From: Malacoraja senta
Lineage: Eukaryota
Assembly (NCBI GenBank): GCA_038087875.1
Contig: CM075994.1
Coordinates: 8,682,001 to 8,746,000 of the forward strand
DNA: 64,000 nt
Direction of reading: 5' to 3'
Shown: positions 1 through 13,400 of the stretch, in pieces
How positions within the stretch are numbered: the first letter of the stretch is position 1
How the letters are laid out: each line of letters starts with the position of its first letter
Position numbers and translations under genes: made by a program
The notes under the pieces: model-generated
The model's database searches: none
Told to the model about the DNA's origin: nothing
Seen by the model: only the letters and a program-made list of their open reading frames with translations

Positions 1-2022
1 AGAGATAACTCACTGATTCTCTTGTTCGTCCTAATTAGGACGTCATCCAGTTAAGCCATCAACATCTGTCCTTGGACTCTAATTAGCCCCAAAATTGGTT
101 TTACCAATTTAGTGAAATTCTAGGAACTGAAGTTAACCCATTACAGAACTTTGAATTGCCATAATTGTTCATTCAGATAAATTTCAAATATTGTTATCTT
201 ACAAATGAACAGACACTAAGTAATATACATCTTTCAGATCTATAGGTACCATATAACATATTTTGAAATAAGTTGTTTGGCAGTCTCAAAGTCTCCATTT
301 TGAAGTGTCTATACTTCACAAAATTTTAAAGACTTGTCAGATCTAAAATACTCCTCACCTTTTTAGGTCGAGAAAATGTAAACACAATTTGGTGGTTTTG
401 ATAAACCAACCTTTCAATTACTTGTTTATAGGCAAGTTTTCAATTCAGCTTGAACCTCCATCACTTCTTTTTGTGAAATTGGAGTGTTCTGCTTGGAACA
501 TGCTGGATGGCAAATCACTATTTGGATCGAATCAATTCGAAACCTTTGAATAATACTCAGAATAATAAATCTGAAGTAATTTGCTTCCAATATTTGGCTG
601 TTTTTACCTTAATATGTTCCCATGAGAACCAGGTCCACCTACCTCCTTTGACACCTGAGTGACCTGTGGTCCCTGGCTCCTGGCAGGAAAAACCCACGCT
701 TTTTTGTTTTCCCGCTGCAGGACACCAACTGCGCCCCTGCTTCAATGGTCGATTTGTTCCTGGTGTAGGCCCAGGATTTTGTATGATGTCTGAAAGGATA
801 CCTCCTCTTCACAGACTTGCCGACCATTGATGTTTTGATCAACCTTGCTGTTTTTGCCTCATCATCCAACTCTTTCCCACGTTTCGTGAGTTTTTTTTCT
901 CTGAAGAGTAAGTTGAATGACTGCACATTGCTGGGCTTTACAGAGTTGCTGCAACTTGAGGCTGATGGTGGACCGAATGGCATACTTCCCGAAACAATTC
1001 ATCTCGAAGTGGGCGCTACATAGCAACCCTAGTGCCACTTGATGCATCTCCATCCCTGGCCTCCATCCATTTCTTTTGCAAAATTGCAGTTGTCCATCAA
1101 CCCAGCAGCTTCAATATTCTCTGCAGTTTACTTTTCTTAGGCTCACATGCCCTCGCCCATCTGACCCCTTATATCTTGGTTCACTGCTAGTACTTTCAGC
1201 AATACGCAGTTCCTTGGGGTCTCGTGCTTTTTTTGGCATTTTCATCCATCGTAAGCTACTAGAGCTGATGGAAGACACAATAGTTGATCGTAGAGGCCAC
1301 TTCCTTTCCCAGTGGCTCTCCTGACTCTGACAGGGCAGCGAATCGTACTGCCAGAAATAGACCATTTGGCAGCTGCCGTCTTCGCTTGCTTTGGAAAACT
1401 CTGCTGACCCTGTGCACGCGCCTCATCAATGAGGGTGCTCTCAAACAGCCCTTTGCTAGGTGCTGCTGACCTGGCTTCTGGAGCCTGGCTTTGGCTACAC
1501 TCTCCCTGAGTGTGCTTTTCTCCAGTAACCTGTGTAACAGGCTTTCCATCTGAGCAATCCGCTCAAAAGTGGTATCCAGCCCTGGAGTCGCATCCTCCTG
1601 ATCGGACTCCTCCTCCGTGGGCCTCATGGACTTGAACTTAGCCTTGCGCCCCACTGGCGCTGACTGTATTCTTTTAAGACCCAAGTCCATAGTCGCTACG
1701 CTCCCAGCCGGCGACCGTACAGGGGTCTGAGGCAGCTGTTCACCGACCGCAATCTCGCGACTTTCCACCGGCTTTGTCGCTTGCCTCTTCCCCTTGCCCA
1801 TTTTTTCCATGGAACCTGTGGAAAAAATCCCCAACAGACCCACAGCAAACGGACCCGGAAACTATTGAAAAAGTTTTTACTTACCTTGTAGTTCACAACT
1901 ACATTTCCACTAGAGGAGCGCTGCTCCTCACATCCGTTCACGCCAATGCGTCTGACGTAATGACGCGCAGGCGCCCTGACGGGTCTTCTTCACGTAGTCA
2001 CTCACGTGACTCCGAAGTAAAA
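1..2022 (-). mobile_element. DIRS-type (tyrosine-recombinase) retrotransposon, 5' part (degenerate gag-like ORF and start of RT); runs off the window
   Basis: Minus-strand terminus TTTTACTTCGGAGTCACGTGAGTGACTACGTGAAG is shared with the copy at 14505. ORF fragments (LLCSAHFEMNCFGKYAIR, NLLFREKKLTKRGKELDDEAK) match the gag-like ORFs at 13694/15527. Decayed RT text (WQFKVL.NGLTS.PR.FTKL) lies near 80-170. Multiple frameshifts. Confidence 0.85.
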
Positions 2023-3496
2023 TAAAACTGTTAGTGACATCAGCCAAACCTTAGGCTTACCAAAATCAACAGTTTGGAACATCATTAAGAAGAGAGCACT
2101 GGTGAGCTTACTAATCACAAAGGGACTGGCTGGCCAAGGAAGAACTCCACAGCTGATGACAGAAGAATTCTCTATATAATAAAGAAAAATCTACAAACAC
2201 CTGTCCGACAGATCAGAAACACTGTTCAGGAGTCAGGTGTGGATTTGTCAATGACCACTGTCCGCAGAAGACTTCATGAACAGAAATACAGAGGCTACAC
2301 TGCAAGATGCAAACCACTGGTTAGCTGCAAAAATAGGATGGCCAGGTTACAGTTTGCCAAGAAGTACTGAAAAGAACAACCACAGTTCTGGAAAAAGGTC
2401 TTGTGGACAGATGAGACAAAGATTAACTTATATCAGAGTGATGGCAATAGTAAAGTATGGAGGAGAGAAGGAACTGTCCAATATCCAAAGTATACCACCT
2501 CATCTGTGAAACACGATGGTGGGGGTGTTATAGCCTGGACATGTATGGCTGCTGAAGGTACTGGCTCACTTATCTTCATTGATGATGCAACTGCTGATGG
2601 TAGTAGCATGACAAAAGTGCTGGAGAAACTCAGCGGGTGCAGCAGCATCTATGGAGCGAAGGAAATAGGCAACGTTTCGGGGCGAAACCCTTCTTCAGAC
2701 TGATGTAGGATGTGGGGGGGGGGGGGGGCGGGGAGAAGAAACGAGAAAGGAAGAGGAGGATCCCGAGGGCTGAGGGAGAGCTGAGAAGGGGAGGAGACAG
2801 CAAGGGCTACCGGAAATTGGAGAAGTCAATGTTTATGCCGCTAGGGTGTAAACTGCCCAAGCGGAATATTAGGTGCTGAGGTAGTAGCATAATGAATTCT
2901 GAAGTGTATAGACACATCCTATCTGCACAAGTTCAAACAATTGTCTCAAAACAGCAAGACAATGATCCCAAACATACTGCTAAAGCAACAAAGGAATTTT
3001 TCAAAGCTAAAAAATGGTAAATTCTTGAGTGGCCAAGTCAATCGCCCGATCTGAACCCAATTGAGCATGCCTTTCATATGCTGAAGAGAAAACTGAAGGG
3101 GACTAGCCCCCAAAACAAGCATAAGCTAAAGATGGCTGCAATACAGGCCTGGCAAAGCATCACCAGAGAAGACACCCAGTAACTGGTAATGTCCATGAAT
3201 CCCAGATTTCAAGCAGTCATTGCATGCAAAGGATATGCTACAAAATACTAAACATGACTACTTTCATTTACATGACATTGCTGTGTCCCAAACATTATGG
3301 TGCCCTAAAATGGGGGGACTATGTATAAACACTGCTGTAATTTCTACATGGTGAAACCAAAATTAATTTTATTATAATCTGACAATGTGCACTTTAACCA
3401 CATGTGATTTTTTTCTATTACAAATTTCAAATTGTGGAGTACAGAGGCAAATAAATAAATAATGAGTCTTTGTCCCAAATATTATGGAGGGTACTG
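2023..3496 (+). mobile_element. Tc1-family DNA transposon, decayed transposase plus right TIR
   Basis: DD34E-type motifs WTDETK, VKHDGGG, QQDNDPKH, WPSQSPDLNPIE; ends ...GTCCCAAATATTATGGAGGGTACTG followed by TA. Interrupted by DIRS on the left and a Penelope fragment internally. Confidence 0.92.
2610..2879 (-). mobile_element. Penelope-like element 3' fragment inserted in the Tc1 copy
   Basis: Flanked by duplicated GGTAGTAGCAT (~2599-2609 and ~2880-2890). Encodes the GIY-YIG tail (QHLIFRLGSLHPSGINIDFSNF) and carries the hammerhead-like core. Confidence 0.8.
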
Positions 3497-3538
3497 TAGT
3501 TTATTGTCACATGTACCAAGGTACCGTGAAAAGCACAT

Positions 3539-3848
3539 TTAGTTTAGTTTAGAGATGCAGTGCGGAAACAGGCCCTTCGGCTCACCGAGTCCGCGCCGAC
3601 CAGCGATCCCTGCACACTAACACTATCCTACACACATTAGGGGCAATTTACACTTATACCAAACCAATTAACCTTCAAGCCTGTACGTCTTTGGAGCGTG
3701 GGAGGAAACCGAAGATCTCTGAGAAAACCCACGCCATTCACGGGGAGAACGTACAAACTCCGTACAGACAGCACCCGTAGTTGGGATCGAACCCGGGTCT
3801 CTGGCGCTGCAAACGCTGTAAGGCAGCAACTCTACCGCTGCGCCACCG
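3539..3848 (-). mobile_element. HE1-type tRNA-derived SINE (V-SINE group), near full length
   Basis: tRNA-like head GGTGGCGCAGCGGTAGAGTTGCTGCC...GGTTCGATCCC (A/B boxes), core GGTTTCCTCCCACGCTCCAAAGAC, CR1-like tail ending (TAAAC)n. Further copies at about 7425-7610, 9960-10270, 26910-27465, 37928-38228, 49560-50210, 53820-54057, 56400-56697. Confidence 0.85.
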
Positions 3849-4079
3849 ATTTGGTTCTGTAAAATGAAAATTGTCCCTAGTGTGTAGGATAGAGCTAGTG
3901 TACGGGCCGATCGATGGACTAGGTCAATTGTCCCTCTGCAAATTGTCCCCCAGTGCCTAGAGAGTGGATGAGAAAGTAGGACAACATAGAACATAGTGTG
4001 TGATCAATGGTCGGCATGAACCTGCTTCCATGCTATATCTTTCAATCGAGTTCATAATCTCAAACCATAGGATTTTCAC

Positions 4080-4150
4080 CTTTATTCTTAAACATGCCAA
4101 CAGCTTGAATTTCCCAAGTAGTTATGGAACTAGGAATGTTAACTTTCACC
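4080..4150 (-). CDS. C4: Complement C4 exon (equivalent to human exon 19): (R)VKVNIPSSITTWEIQAVGMFKNK(G)
   Basis: cccag/gtgaaa splice sites, 71 bp, phase 2->1; PxS[IL]TTWEI motif of C3/C4/C5/A2M; in frame with the upstream exon. Confidence 0.93.
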
Positions 4151-4247
4151 CTGGGAACACAAAAAAAAACATAAATCACCATTAAATATCAGGAATGATA
4201 TACATGTGAAGGCAATGAATTTTCAATGGATGATGGACTTCATTGAA

Positions 4248-5240
4248 ACTTAATGAATAGTGAAAGGCCTGGATAGAGTGGATATGGAGAGGATGTTTCC
4301 ACTCGTGCGAGAGTCTAGGACCAGAGGTCACAGCCTCAGAATTAAAGGACGTTCCTTTAGGAAGGAGATGAGGAGGAATTTCTTTCGCTAGAGGGTGGTG
4401 AATCTGTGGAATTCATTGCCTCAGAAGGCCGTGGAGGCCAATGGATGTTTTTAAGGCAGAGATAGGTTCTTGATTAGTACGGGTGTCACGTGTTATGGGA
4501 AGAAGGCAGGAAAATAGGGTTGGGAGGGAGAGAGATTAGCCATGATTGAATGGCAGAGTAGACTTGATGGGCCAAATGGCCTAATTCTGCTCCGATCACA
4601 CCTGATTTGAGTATAGGATTTGAGTATAGGAGCAGGGAGGTTCTACTGCAGTTGTACAGGGTCTTGGTGAGACCACACCTGGAGTATTGCGTACAGTTTT
4701 GGTCTCCTAATCTGAGGAAAGACATTCTTGCCGTTGAGAGAGTACAGAGAAGGTTCACTAGACTGATTCCTGGGATGTCAGGACTTTCATATGAAGAAAG
4801 ACTGGATAGACTTGGCTTGTACTCGCTAGAATTTAGAAGAATGAGGGGGGATCTTACAGAAACTTACAAAATTCTTAAGGGGTTGGACAGGCTAGATGCA
4901 GGAAGATTGTTCCCGATGTTGGGGAAGTCCAGAACAAGGGGTCACAGTTTAAGGATAAGGGGGAAATCTTTTAGGACCGAGATGAGAAAAACATTTTTCA
5001 CAGAGAGTGGTGAATCTCTGGAATTCTCTGCCACAGATGGTAGTTGAGGCCAGTTCATTGGCTATATTTAAGAGGGAGTTAGATGTGGCCCTTGTGGCTA
5101 AAGGTATCAGGGGGTATGGTGAGAAGGCAGGTACAGGATACGGAGTTGGATGATCAGCCATGATCATATTGAATGACGGTGCAGGCTCGAAGGGCTGAAC
5201 GGCTTACTCCTGCACCTATTTTCTATGTTTCTATGTTTCT
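4248..5240 (+). mobile_element. Two tandem CR1 (HER1-like) LINE 3' fragments
   Basis: [19 protein letters not shown]...[19 protein letters not shown]...TRGHSL RT C-terminus; 3' UTR ending in (TTCTATGT)n. Confidence 0.9.
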
Positions 5241-5274
5241 ATCACCATTGACCTTATGAGTTTATGATCCATAC

Positions 5275-5389
5275 CTGTTTTTCCCTTTCACCAGGTCTTG
5301 GCATGTTGTCCAAAGTGTGCTGTGTGGGAAGTAACTGCGCACTTGAACTTGCATCTCATCGAAGTAATTTTCTTCGTTACTCCCTGCCG
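5275..5389 (-). CDS. C4: Complement C4 exon (equivalent to exon 18), alpha' N-terminus: (S)AGSNEENYFDEMQVQVRSYFPHSTLWTTCQDLVKGKN(R)
   Basis: ttcag/gtatgg, 115 bp, phase 1->2; acidic stretch plus VRSYFPxSxLW, like human C4 VRSFFPENWLW. Confidence 0.93.
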
Positions 5390-5531
5390 CTGAAGATAAG
5401 ATTTCACCGTTGAGTTTTAATTCACATCCTTGTTTCATTCTATTAATCTCAAATTAATCTCAACAAGTCAGGATGGAACCTGGGTCTCTGGCGCTGTGAG
5501 GTAGCAACTCTATCGCTGTGCCGCCCTGTTA

Positions 5532-6177
5532 AGGGCCTGTCCCACTTACGCAATTTTTTCGGCGACTACAGGCGACTAGGCTGTCGCCACATGTTCGCGG
5601 GGTGACGCCTGTATGGTCGTGTGTTGTCTCCTCAAGTCGCCTAAAGAGTCGTAACGTTTTTCTTGTCGCCGCTGGATTTTGAAATGTCCAAAGCCTTTCG
5701 GCGACTGTGGGCTTGTCGTAGCTTGTCTTCTCCTGTCATAGGTGCTGTCGTAGGTTGTCGCCAAGATGACGCAGGTTGTCGCCAGGTGACGTTGGTTGTC
5801 GCTGGGTGCTGACATCGGTGAATTCCATTGGCGACTACCTAGGTCAACCTACGTCAACTGGCGACAGGTACCGACGACTGAATTATCTTCAATTGTCGCC
5901 GACAGGGTCGTAACTTGTCGCGAGTGGACGTAGGTTGACTTCGGTTGTCAAAGGTTGTCGCCTGTCTGGTCATAGGTTGTCGTAGCTGTGGTCGTAGGTG
6001 GACGTCCTAATGGGTCGCCGGTTGTCGGTAGCTTGCCGTAGCTTGACCTCGACTTGGCGGTAGGTTGTCGTAGACATTGTCGTAAGGGGGATCCAGTTGC
6101 CGGTTTTTCGGCGACCTGCTACGACTGTGACAGTCACCGGCAGTTGCCGGAAAAATCGCCCAAGTGGGACAGGCCCT
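5532..6177. mobile_element. PIF/Harbinger-type non-autonomous element (MITE) with internal GTTGTCG-type repeats
   Basis: Perfect TIR AGGGCCTGTCCCACTT / AAGTGGGACAGGCCCT; related to 30356-31418, which shows TTA TSDs. Confidence 0.75.
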
Positions 6178-6536
6178 TTCGTTATCTCTCAACTAAACTA
6201 AACTAAACGTTATTGGTTTTCATTGACTACAGTGGCCGTTGGAGGGTTATGGACCAAACGCAGGCAGGTGGGACTAGTGTAGCTGGGATATGTTGGCTGG
6301 TGTGGGCAAGTTGGGCCGAAGGGTCTGTTTCCACACTGTATCTCGAAACTATTAAACTGAATGGATACCATTAAATTTATGCCCCATCTAAGCTAGTACC
6401 ATGCTTCTATTTTGCCCATATCCCTCTAAACCTGTCCTATCCATGTACATATCCAAGTGTCTTTTAAATGCTGTTATGCTGTAGTAGCTGCCTCAACTAC
6501 CCCCTCAGGCAGCTGGTTCCATGCGCCCACACTTAC

Positions 6537-6731
6537 ATCTCCCCACGGTATCCGCCGCATAGGTCTGGTTCCTTCTCAGCTCCATCGCGTACTGACAGCA
6601 GTCAAGGAAGGTCTTCTGACACTTCTCATCCAGCACCTTCTTGGCCCGATCCTCACACCTTCTCCTCATTGGGATCAAGCTGATACCATCCTTGCAACAA
6701 GTCATCATGGCTTCATCCTTGTACTGGCCCA
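6537..6731 (-). CDS. C4: Complement C4 anaphylatoxin (C4a) exon (equivalent to exon 17): (L)GQYKDEAMMTCCKDGISLIPMRRRCEDRAKKVLDEKCQKTFLDCCQYAMELRRNQTYAADTVGR
   Basis: cttag/gtaagt, 195 bp, phase 1->1; anaphylatoxin CC..C..C..CC pattern. LGQY...CCxDG...PMxRxCExRA is C4-like (human LGQY...CCQDG...LPMMRSCEQRA). Ends in the scissile Arg. Confidence 0.95.
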
Positions 6732-7064
6732 CTAAGATACAAAAAACAGTTCACTTGCGGCAGGAGGAAGGAGACGAGGGGAGGGATTTCGTTAGTCTGT
6801 GACATCGGGGGTTGGCGTGAGAACAACCTTCACGCCAGGGGCCATATCTATCACGGGTACACATGGATCCCGCCCGGGATGGCAGGCATCAAATCACGTG
6901 TTCACAGAAGGTAGACAAAGATGCTGGAGAAACTCAGCGTGTGAGGCAGCCTCATGCAATCCTTTCATGTCTCACCTGCTGAGTTTATCCAGCATTTTTG
7001 TCTGCCTTCGATTTTTCCAGCATCTGCAGGTCTTTCTTAAACGTGTTCACAGAAGGTGCGCGGC

Positions 7065-8135
7065 CGTGGTGGGGCCGCATTTAGAGTATTGTGTTCAGTT
7101 CTTTGGGACCATGTTATAGGAAAGATATTGTCAAGCTTGAAAGGGTTCAGAGAAGATTCACGAGGATGTTGCCAGGACTAGAGGGCGTGAGCTACAGGGA
7201 GAGGTTGAGCAGGCTGGGTCTCTATTCCTTGGAGCACAGGAGGATGAGGGGTGATCTTACAGAGGTGTACAAAATCATGAGAGGAATAGATCGGGTAGAT
7301 GCACAGAGTCTCTTGCCCAGAGTGGGGGAATCTAGTACCAGAGGACATAGGTTCAAGGTGAAGGGGAAAAGATTTAATAGGAACCTGAGGGGCAACTTTT
7401 TCACACAAAGGGCGGTGGTTTACAGTTTTACCAAGCCAATTATGCTACAAACGTTTGCGTCTTTGGAGTGTGGGAGGAAACAAGATCTCGGAGAAAACCC
7501 ACGCAGGTCACGGGGAGAACTTGCAAACTCCATACAGACAGCACCCGTAGTCAGGATTGAACCAGGATCTCCGGCGCTGTGAGGCAGCAACTCTACCGCT
7601 GCGCCACCGTGTTGAGTTAAACTACATTCATCTGCCCGCACGTGATCCACATCCCCCTTGCTTTTATTTCATAGAAACATAGAAAGATAGAAAATAGATG
7701 CAGGAGGAGGCCATTCATCCCTTCGAGCCAGCACCGCCATTCATTGTGATCATGGCTGATCGTTCCCAATCAATAACCCGTGCCTGCCTTCTCCCCATAC
7801 CCCTTGATTCCACTAGCTCCTAGAGCTCTATCTAACTCTCCCTTAAATCCATCCAGTGATTTGGCCTCCACTGCCCCTTGTGGCAGGGAATTCCACAAAT
7901 TCACAACTCTCTGGGTGAAAACGTTTTTTCTCACCTCAGTCTTAAATGGCCTCCCCTTTATTCTAAGACTGTGGCCCCAGGTTCTGGACTCACCCAACAT
8001 TGGGAACATGTTCCTGCATCTAGCTTGTCCAGTCCTTTTATAATTTTATATGTTTCTATAAGATCGCCCCTCATCTTTCTAAACTCCAGTGAATACAAGC
8101 CTAGTCTTTTCAATCTTTCCTCATATGACAGTCCC
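7065..8135. mobile_element. CR1 fragments (7065-7420 plus, 7670-8135 minus) around an HE1 SINE
   Basis: CR1 RT C-terminal peptides in ORFs 7091..7582 and 7770..8009. Confidence 0.85.
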
Positions 8136-8202
8136 GTTTCAGATTGCCACATTTTTAAAACACTCCAAAGACGCAAATGAAGGAGATCGCATTGTTTCTT
8201 AC

Positions 8203-8271
8203 GTTTTCCCATGTACTGCCTTTGGAGGTCAAGTGATCTTTTCATTCGCCCCTGTGTTTTGCAGGACAAAC
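8203..8271 (-). CDS. C4: Complement C4 exon (equivalent to exon 16) with beta/alpha junction: (G)LSCKTQGRMKRSLDLQRQYMGK(L)
   Basis: gacag/gtaaga, 69 bp, phase 1->1; furin-type RMKR site after LSC. Confidence 0.93.
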
Positions 8272-9712
8272 CTGTCAGGAGGCAACAAACAGTGAGTTAG
8301 AGCGGGCAGCACGGCGGCGCAGCAGTAGAGTTGCCGCCTTACAGCACCAGAGACGCTCGAGGAGCAGAAATAGGCCATTCGGCCCATCGAGGAGTGAAAG
8401 TAAGCGAGTTCAATGCTAGCATTTATTTTGAAAGGGCTTGTCTACACAAACAGTGGTGTAACGCTGAGGCTCTGCAAGGCGCTGGTCAGGCCGCGTTTGG
8501 AATATTGTGAGCAATTTGGGGCACCATATCTGAGGAAGGATGTGCTGGCCCTGGAGCCATTATGCCCCTGTCCTTTATGACCTTATTATGTAGAATTAGG
8601 AGCAGAATTAGGCCATTCGGCCCATCAAGTCTACTCTGCCACAACCATGATCTATCTCTCCTTCTTAACCCCATTCTCCTGCCTTCTCCCCATAACCCCT
8701 GACACCCGCACTAATCAAGAATCTATCTATCCCTGCCTTAAAAATATCCACTGGCTTGGCCTCCATGGCCTTCTGTGGCAATGATTCACCACCCTCTGAC
8801 TAAAGAAATTCCTCCTCATCTCCTTCCAAAAGGAATGTCCTATAATTGTGACGCTGTGCCCTCCGGTCCTAGACTCTCCCACTAGTGGAAACATCCTCTC
8901 CACATCCACTCTATCCAAGCCTTTCACTATTCGGTAAGTTTCAGTGAGGTCCCCCCCATCTTCATTCATTTTTTTATAACATCCATTGAAGCCACTGTCA
9001 CTTTAGAGTGAGGCCCAGTGCAAATTTGAGGAACGGCACCTCATATTTCGTTTGGGCAGCTTGCTCCCCAGCGGTATGAACATCGACTTCTCTAACTTCA
9101 AGTAACCCTTGCATCCCCTCTCTCTCCATCCCTCTCCCACCCAAGTCGTTGTACTGGTTTCAAAGTCGTCTTGTTGAGTCTCATTGTCTGTAACTCATTT
9201 TCACCTAGCCCACAGCTATGGGGGAGGGGATGGAGAGAGATGGGAAAGCAAGGGTTACTTGAAATTAGAGAAATCAATATTCATACCACGGGATAACTCG
9301 GATACATAAAATGACACAGAGTGCTGGAGTAAATCAACGGGTCAGGCAGCATCTCTGGAGAACGTGGATAGGTGACGTTTCACAGATTGCTGGAGTAACT
9401 CAGGGGGTCAGGCAGCATCTCTGGAGAACATGGATAGGAGACGTTTCGGGTCGGGACCCTTCTTCAGGCTGATAGTATGGCGAGGTGGGGGAGAAGAAAG
9501 CTAGGTCACATTTTTGCATATCTTTCATCCATTTGTTCTGTATCTCTCCACATCACCGTCTATATCTGTGGTTTCCCACTGCCCTGACTCTCAGCCTGAA
9601 AAAGGGTCGAGACCCGAGACGTCACCCATTCCCTCTCTCCAGAGATGCTGCCTGTCCCACTGAGGTACTCCAGCTGTTTGTGTCTACCTTCCCTTCCACA
9701 AGTTCCACTCAC

Positions 9713-9839
9713 CTTCGCGAAACTTTGAGACGTCGTTGTTGGAAATAAAAGCCAGCCCAGCATCCATGAACACATGCACATTGTCCGAACCTCCACCAAA
9801 ACTGCAGCCAAGGTCGTAGGTGTTCATTCGTTCGAATAA
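9713..9839 (-). CDS. C4: Complement C4 exon (equivalent to exon 15): LFERMNTYDLGCSFGGGSDNVHVFMDAGLAFISNNDVSKFRE(G)
   Basis: tgtag/gtgagt, 127 bp, phase 0->1; matches human C4 VFEAMNSYDLGCGPGGGDS...VFQAAGLAF better than C3 or C5. Confidence 0.94.
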
Positions 9840-10417
9840 CTACAACCAGACAAATTATACAGACACATTGGTCAGGCCACACTTGTGAAATTAGTTTAAC
9901 TCTGCACCCTGTTCGGCACAAATATTGTGGCCGAAGGTCCTGTTCCTGTGCAGTACTGTTTAGTTTAGTTTACTTTTACAACGCAGAAACAGGCCCTTCG
10001 GCCCACCGGGTCAGCGCCCTCCAGTGATCCCCGCACATTAACGCTATCCTACACACACTAGCGACAATTTTTACATTTATACCAAGCCAATTGACCTACA
10101 AACCTGTTCGTCTTTGGAGTGTGGGAGGAAACCGAAGATCTCGGAGAAAACCCACGGGGAGAAGATACAACCAAACTCCGTACAGACAATCACCCGTAGT
10201 CATGATGGAACCCGGGTCTCTGGCGCTGCAAGCGCTGTAACAGCAACTTTACCGCTGTGCCACCGTGCCACCGTGGCCGCCCTGTTCTATGTTCTGGAAC
10301 AAACAGGGAACGTAGAAAAGTACAACACAGCAACAGGCCCTTCGGCCCGCAATGTCTGTGCCGAACTGTGCCAAAACAGTTCCCAATGTTGGGGGAGTCC
10401 AGAACCAGGGGTCACAG

Positions 10418-13400
10418 TTTCTTTCTTTTAAAATCTTTTTATTAGTTTTTATCCAAAAAACAAAAACAATACAAAAAAGACAGAGCAAAAAGAGTAATGA
10501 TAAACATAATAATGATATTGATTCATATGGATCAGGATTACATTAATAACAGGTATAACCTAATATGAGTCCAGTGTCAAAATACACATTGAATATAGAC
10601 CTCCTGGTCTCCATGTAAATATAGTTAAATATTTAAAAGAAAACATATATGTAGAAAAAAAACAAATATAAAAAGACAAAAAAAAGAGGGAAAAAGGATG
10701 AAACAAAACCCCCCTAAACTAAAGAAAAGAAAGGAAAAAAATTAAAAAAATAAAAACAAAGCGAAACAGAATCTGAACTGAGAATTTCAACAATTTAAGT
10801 CTGTTTGTCGTCAAGTCCATTCCACCCTATAGAGGTAAAATAATTTTTATAACGGTTAGAGAGGGAGCAATTTATGTTGTATGAAAGTGTTGAATAAATT
10901 TTCCCCAAGTCTTATCAAATTTAACCAAGGGTTCAACAATGTCACTTCTGATTTTTTCTAAATTTAAACATGATATCGTTTCAGAATACCACTGGTGTGT
11001 GGTCGGAGGATTGGAGTCTTTCCATTTAAATAAAATAGATCTTCTGGCGATTAGTGTGGTAAAAGCAATCAACCGATGGGCGGAGCGGGACAAATGAATA
11101 AAATCTAACATTGGTAGCCCAAAAATTGCAGTAATAGGATGAGGTTGTAAATCAATACCTAAGACTACAGAAATAGTATCAAAAATTATTTCCAATATTT
11201 TTCCAAACGTGGGCAGGACCAAAACATATGGGTTAGTGAGGCCACTTCATACTTACATCGATCACAGGTAGGAGTTATATGACCATAGAAACGAGCTAAC
11301 TTATCTTTTGGCATATGAGCTCTGTGAACCACCTTGAATTGTATTAGAGTGTGTCTTGCACACATTGAAGAGGTATTAACTAATTGAAGAATCCTCTCCC
11401 ATTTCTCTATAAAGAAATTTGGAGTTCTCTTTCCCAGTCATTCTTAATTTTATCAAATGTATCTATTTGTAATTTCAAAATCAACTCATAAATAGTCGTT
11501 ATTAATCCTTTCTGATAAGGGTTCAAATGTAAAAAAAATTCAAACATTTCGGTTTGATGTGGTAGCGGAAAAAAGGGTAGAGTAGCCTTCAAAAAATGTC
11601 TAATTTGTAAATATCTAAAAAAGTGTGAATTAGGTAAATTATATTTATTGGAGAGTTGTTCGAAAGACATAAAACAACCATCCAAAAACAACTCACGAAA
11701 AGCTACTAATCCCTTCCTCTTCGATAACAAAAAGGCTTGATCAGTACTAGAAGGTTGGAAGAGAAAATTGGATAAGATAGGACTCGATTTAGTCCAACAA
11801 ACTTACGAAATTGAAACCATATTCGAAACGTATGTCTTATTATTAGGTTAGTCGTATATTTATTCAATCTCGTAATTGTAAAAGGTAACGAGGCCCCTAG
11901 AATAGAAGCCAATGATAACCCTTGTAAGGAATCACGTTCTAGGTTTATGCATCCTGGGCATTGGGTATCTTCTAAATCTTTTGTCCAAAATGTTAAATAA
12001 CGAACATTGACTGCCCAATAGTAGAGTCTAAGGTTCGGCAATGCCAAACCACCATATTTTTTTGATTTCTGTAAGTATTTTTTACTTACTCCGGAATTTC
12101 TATTCTGCCATATATATGAAGACATTTTGTAGGTATGTTACAAAACTTACCTTCAGTCGCGCTGTAATTCTGCCACTGGCCGTGTGCGCGATTTTGGCGC
12201 CTTTAAGGGGGGGCGGGGTTAAAACGCGGTTTCTCCTACCTTGTCCTGGGAATATTTTGTTGGAGTACAAGCGTTGGCTGACAAAATCGTTCCTACCGGC
12301 GTTTTGTGAATTTTTTATTTTTATTAAATCGTCAATGTCAGCGCTACAGTCATTTTAAAAGCAGCTCCTGAAGCGTCAATGCCGATAACGGGGACGGATT
12401 TCACACAATGGACAGGTAAACGAAAGTGCTTTCTTTAAATGTATAAAAGTGCTTCTTAAGAAGCCTTTAATTCACATTTTGTCATGCGACACGGTGATTT
12501 TATTCCCCGAATTAACGGCAGTATTTTTCATGCCAATACGGGGTTAAATTCACCGCAAATGAAGGTTCCAAAAGATCGCGTTCCAGTAATCCTCACTCGC
12601 AAGATTAATTAAATCCCCATTAATTTACAGGTATTAAACATTCAATTCCTTCCATTTGGCCTGTAAATTCATGAAAATTAGATTTAAAAATTATGTTATA
12701 TTGTGAATTATTGTGTGAATGTTATTTGGACACTTAGGCTATTTAAAAATGTTAATCTATTCTTAAGAAATTGATAGATGTTTAGATCTAGTAATTGAAT
12801 TTTGTAATTAGCTACAATTAGGTAACTAACTAATTATATGCTTTACTTTCATGTCTTCGAAGTAAGATTGTTTCATATTTGTTTCAGAATGCTTCAATCT
12901 ATAATACCTGAAAAATTCTTTCAGTTACCATAATTTTTAAGAAAGTTATGGGCTTTTAACTGTCCTCGATCACAGCTTTTGTGTTAAGTCAATGGAAAAG
13001 CAATAGGGAACTAGATGCTAATTTCTGAGTATGATAATGGCCATAACTTTTTGTAATACTGAAGATATGAAAGTGAATTAAGTGTCAAGTTAAACTTCTT
13101 TTTATGCTTTATCTGATGGGATAAATTGCAGACTTTATTTTTAAAATCTCAAAATTTTGTAACATTGCTACATTTTGGAATTTATGATATCAAAGAAAGA
13201 TTTGGCAATAAAAATTGGTTTTGTCTGAAATAAATACAGAAATGTAGGTAAAATGAACATTTTAATAGCATTTATTCGGCCGATTAAAGATAAGGACACT
13301 GGTGATCATTTGGTAAACTGATGTTTAATATGGTCAATTAAAGGCATAAAATTAGCTTTAAATAAATCATTGTGTTTCTTGGTGATCTTAATACCTAGAT

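Noticed and set aside
3780..3850. tRNA-like sequence with A and B boxes (also other SINE heads)
   Set aside because: Continues into SINE core and tail; not a tRNA gene.
4080..9839. Assignment as C3 or C5
   Set aside because: MNTYDLGC..GGG, LGQY and PMRRRCEDRA all match C4 better.
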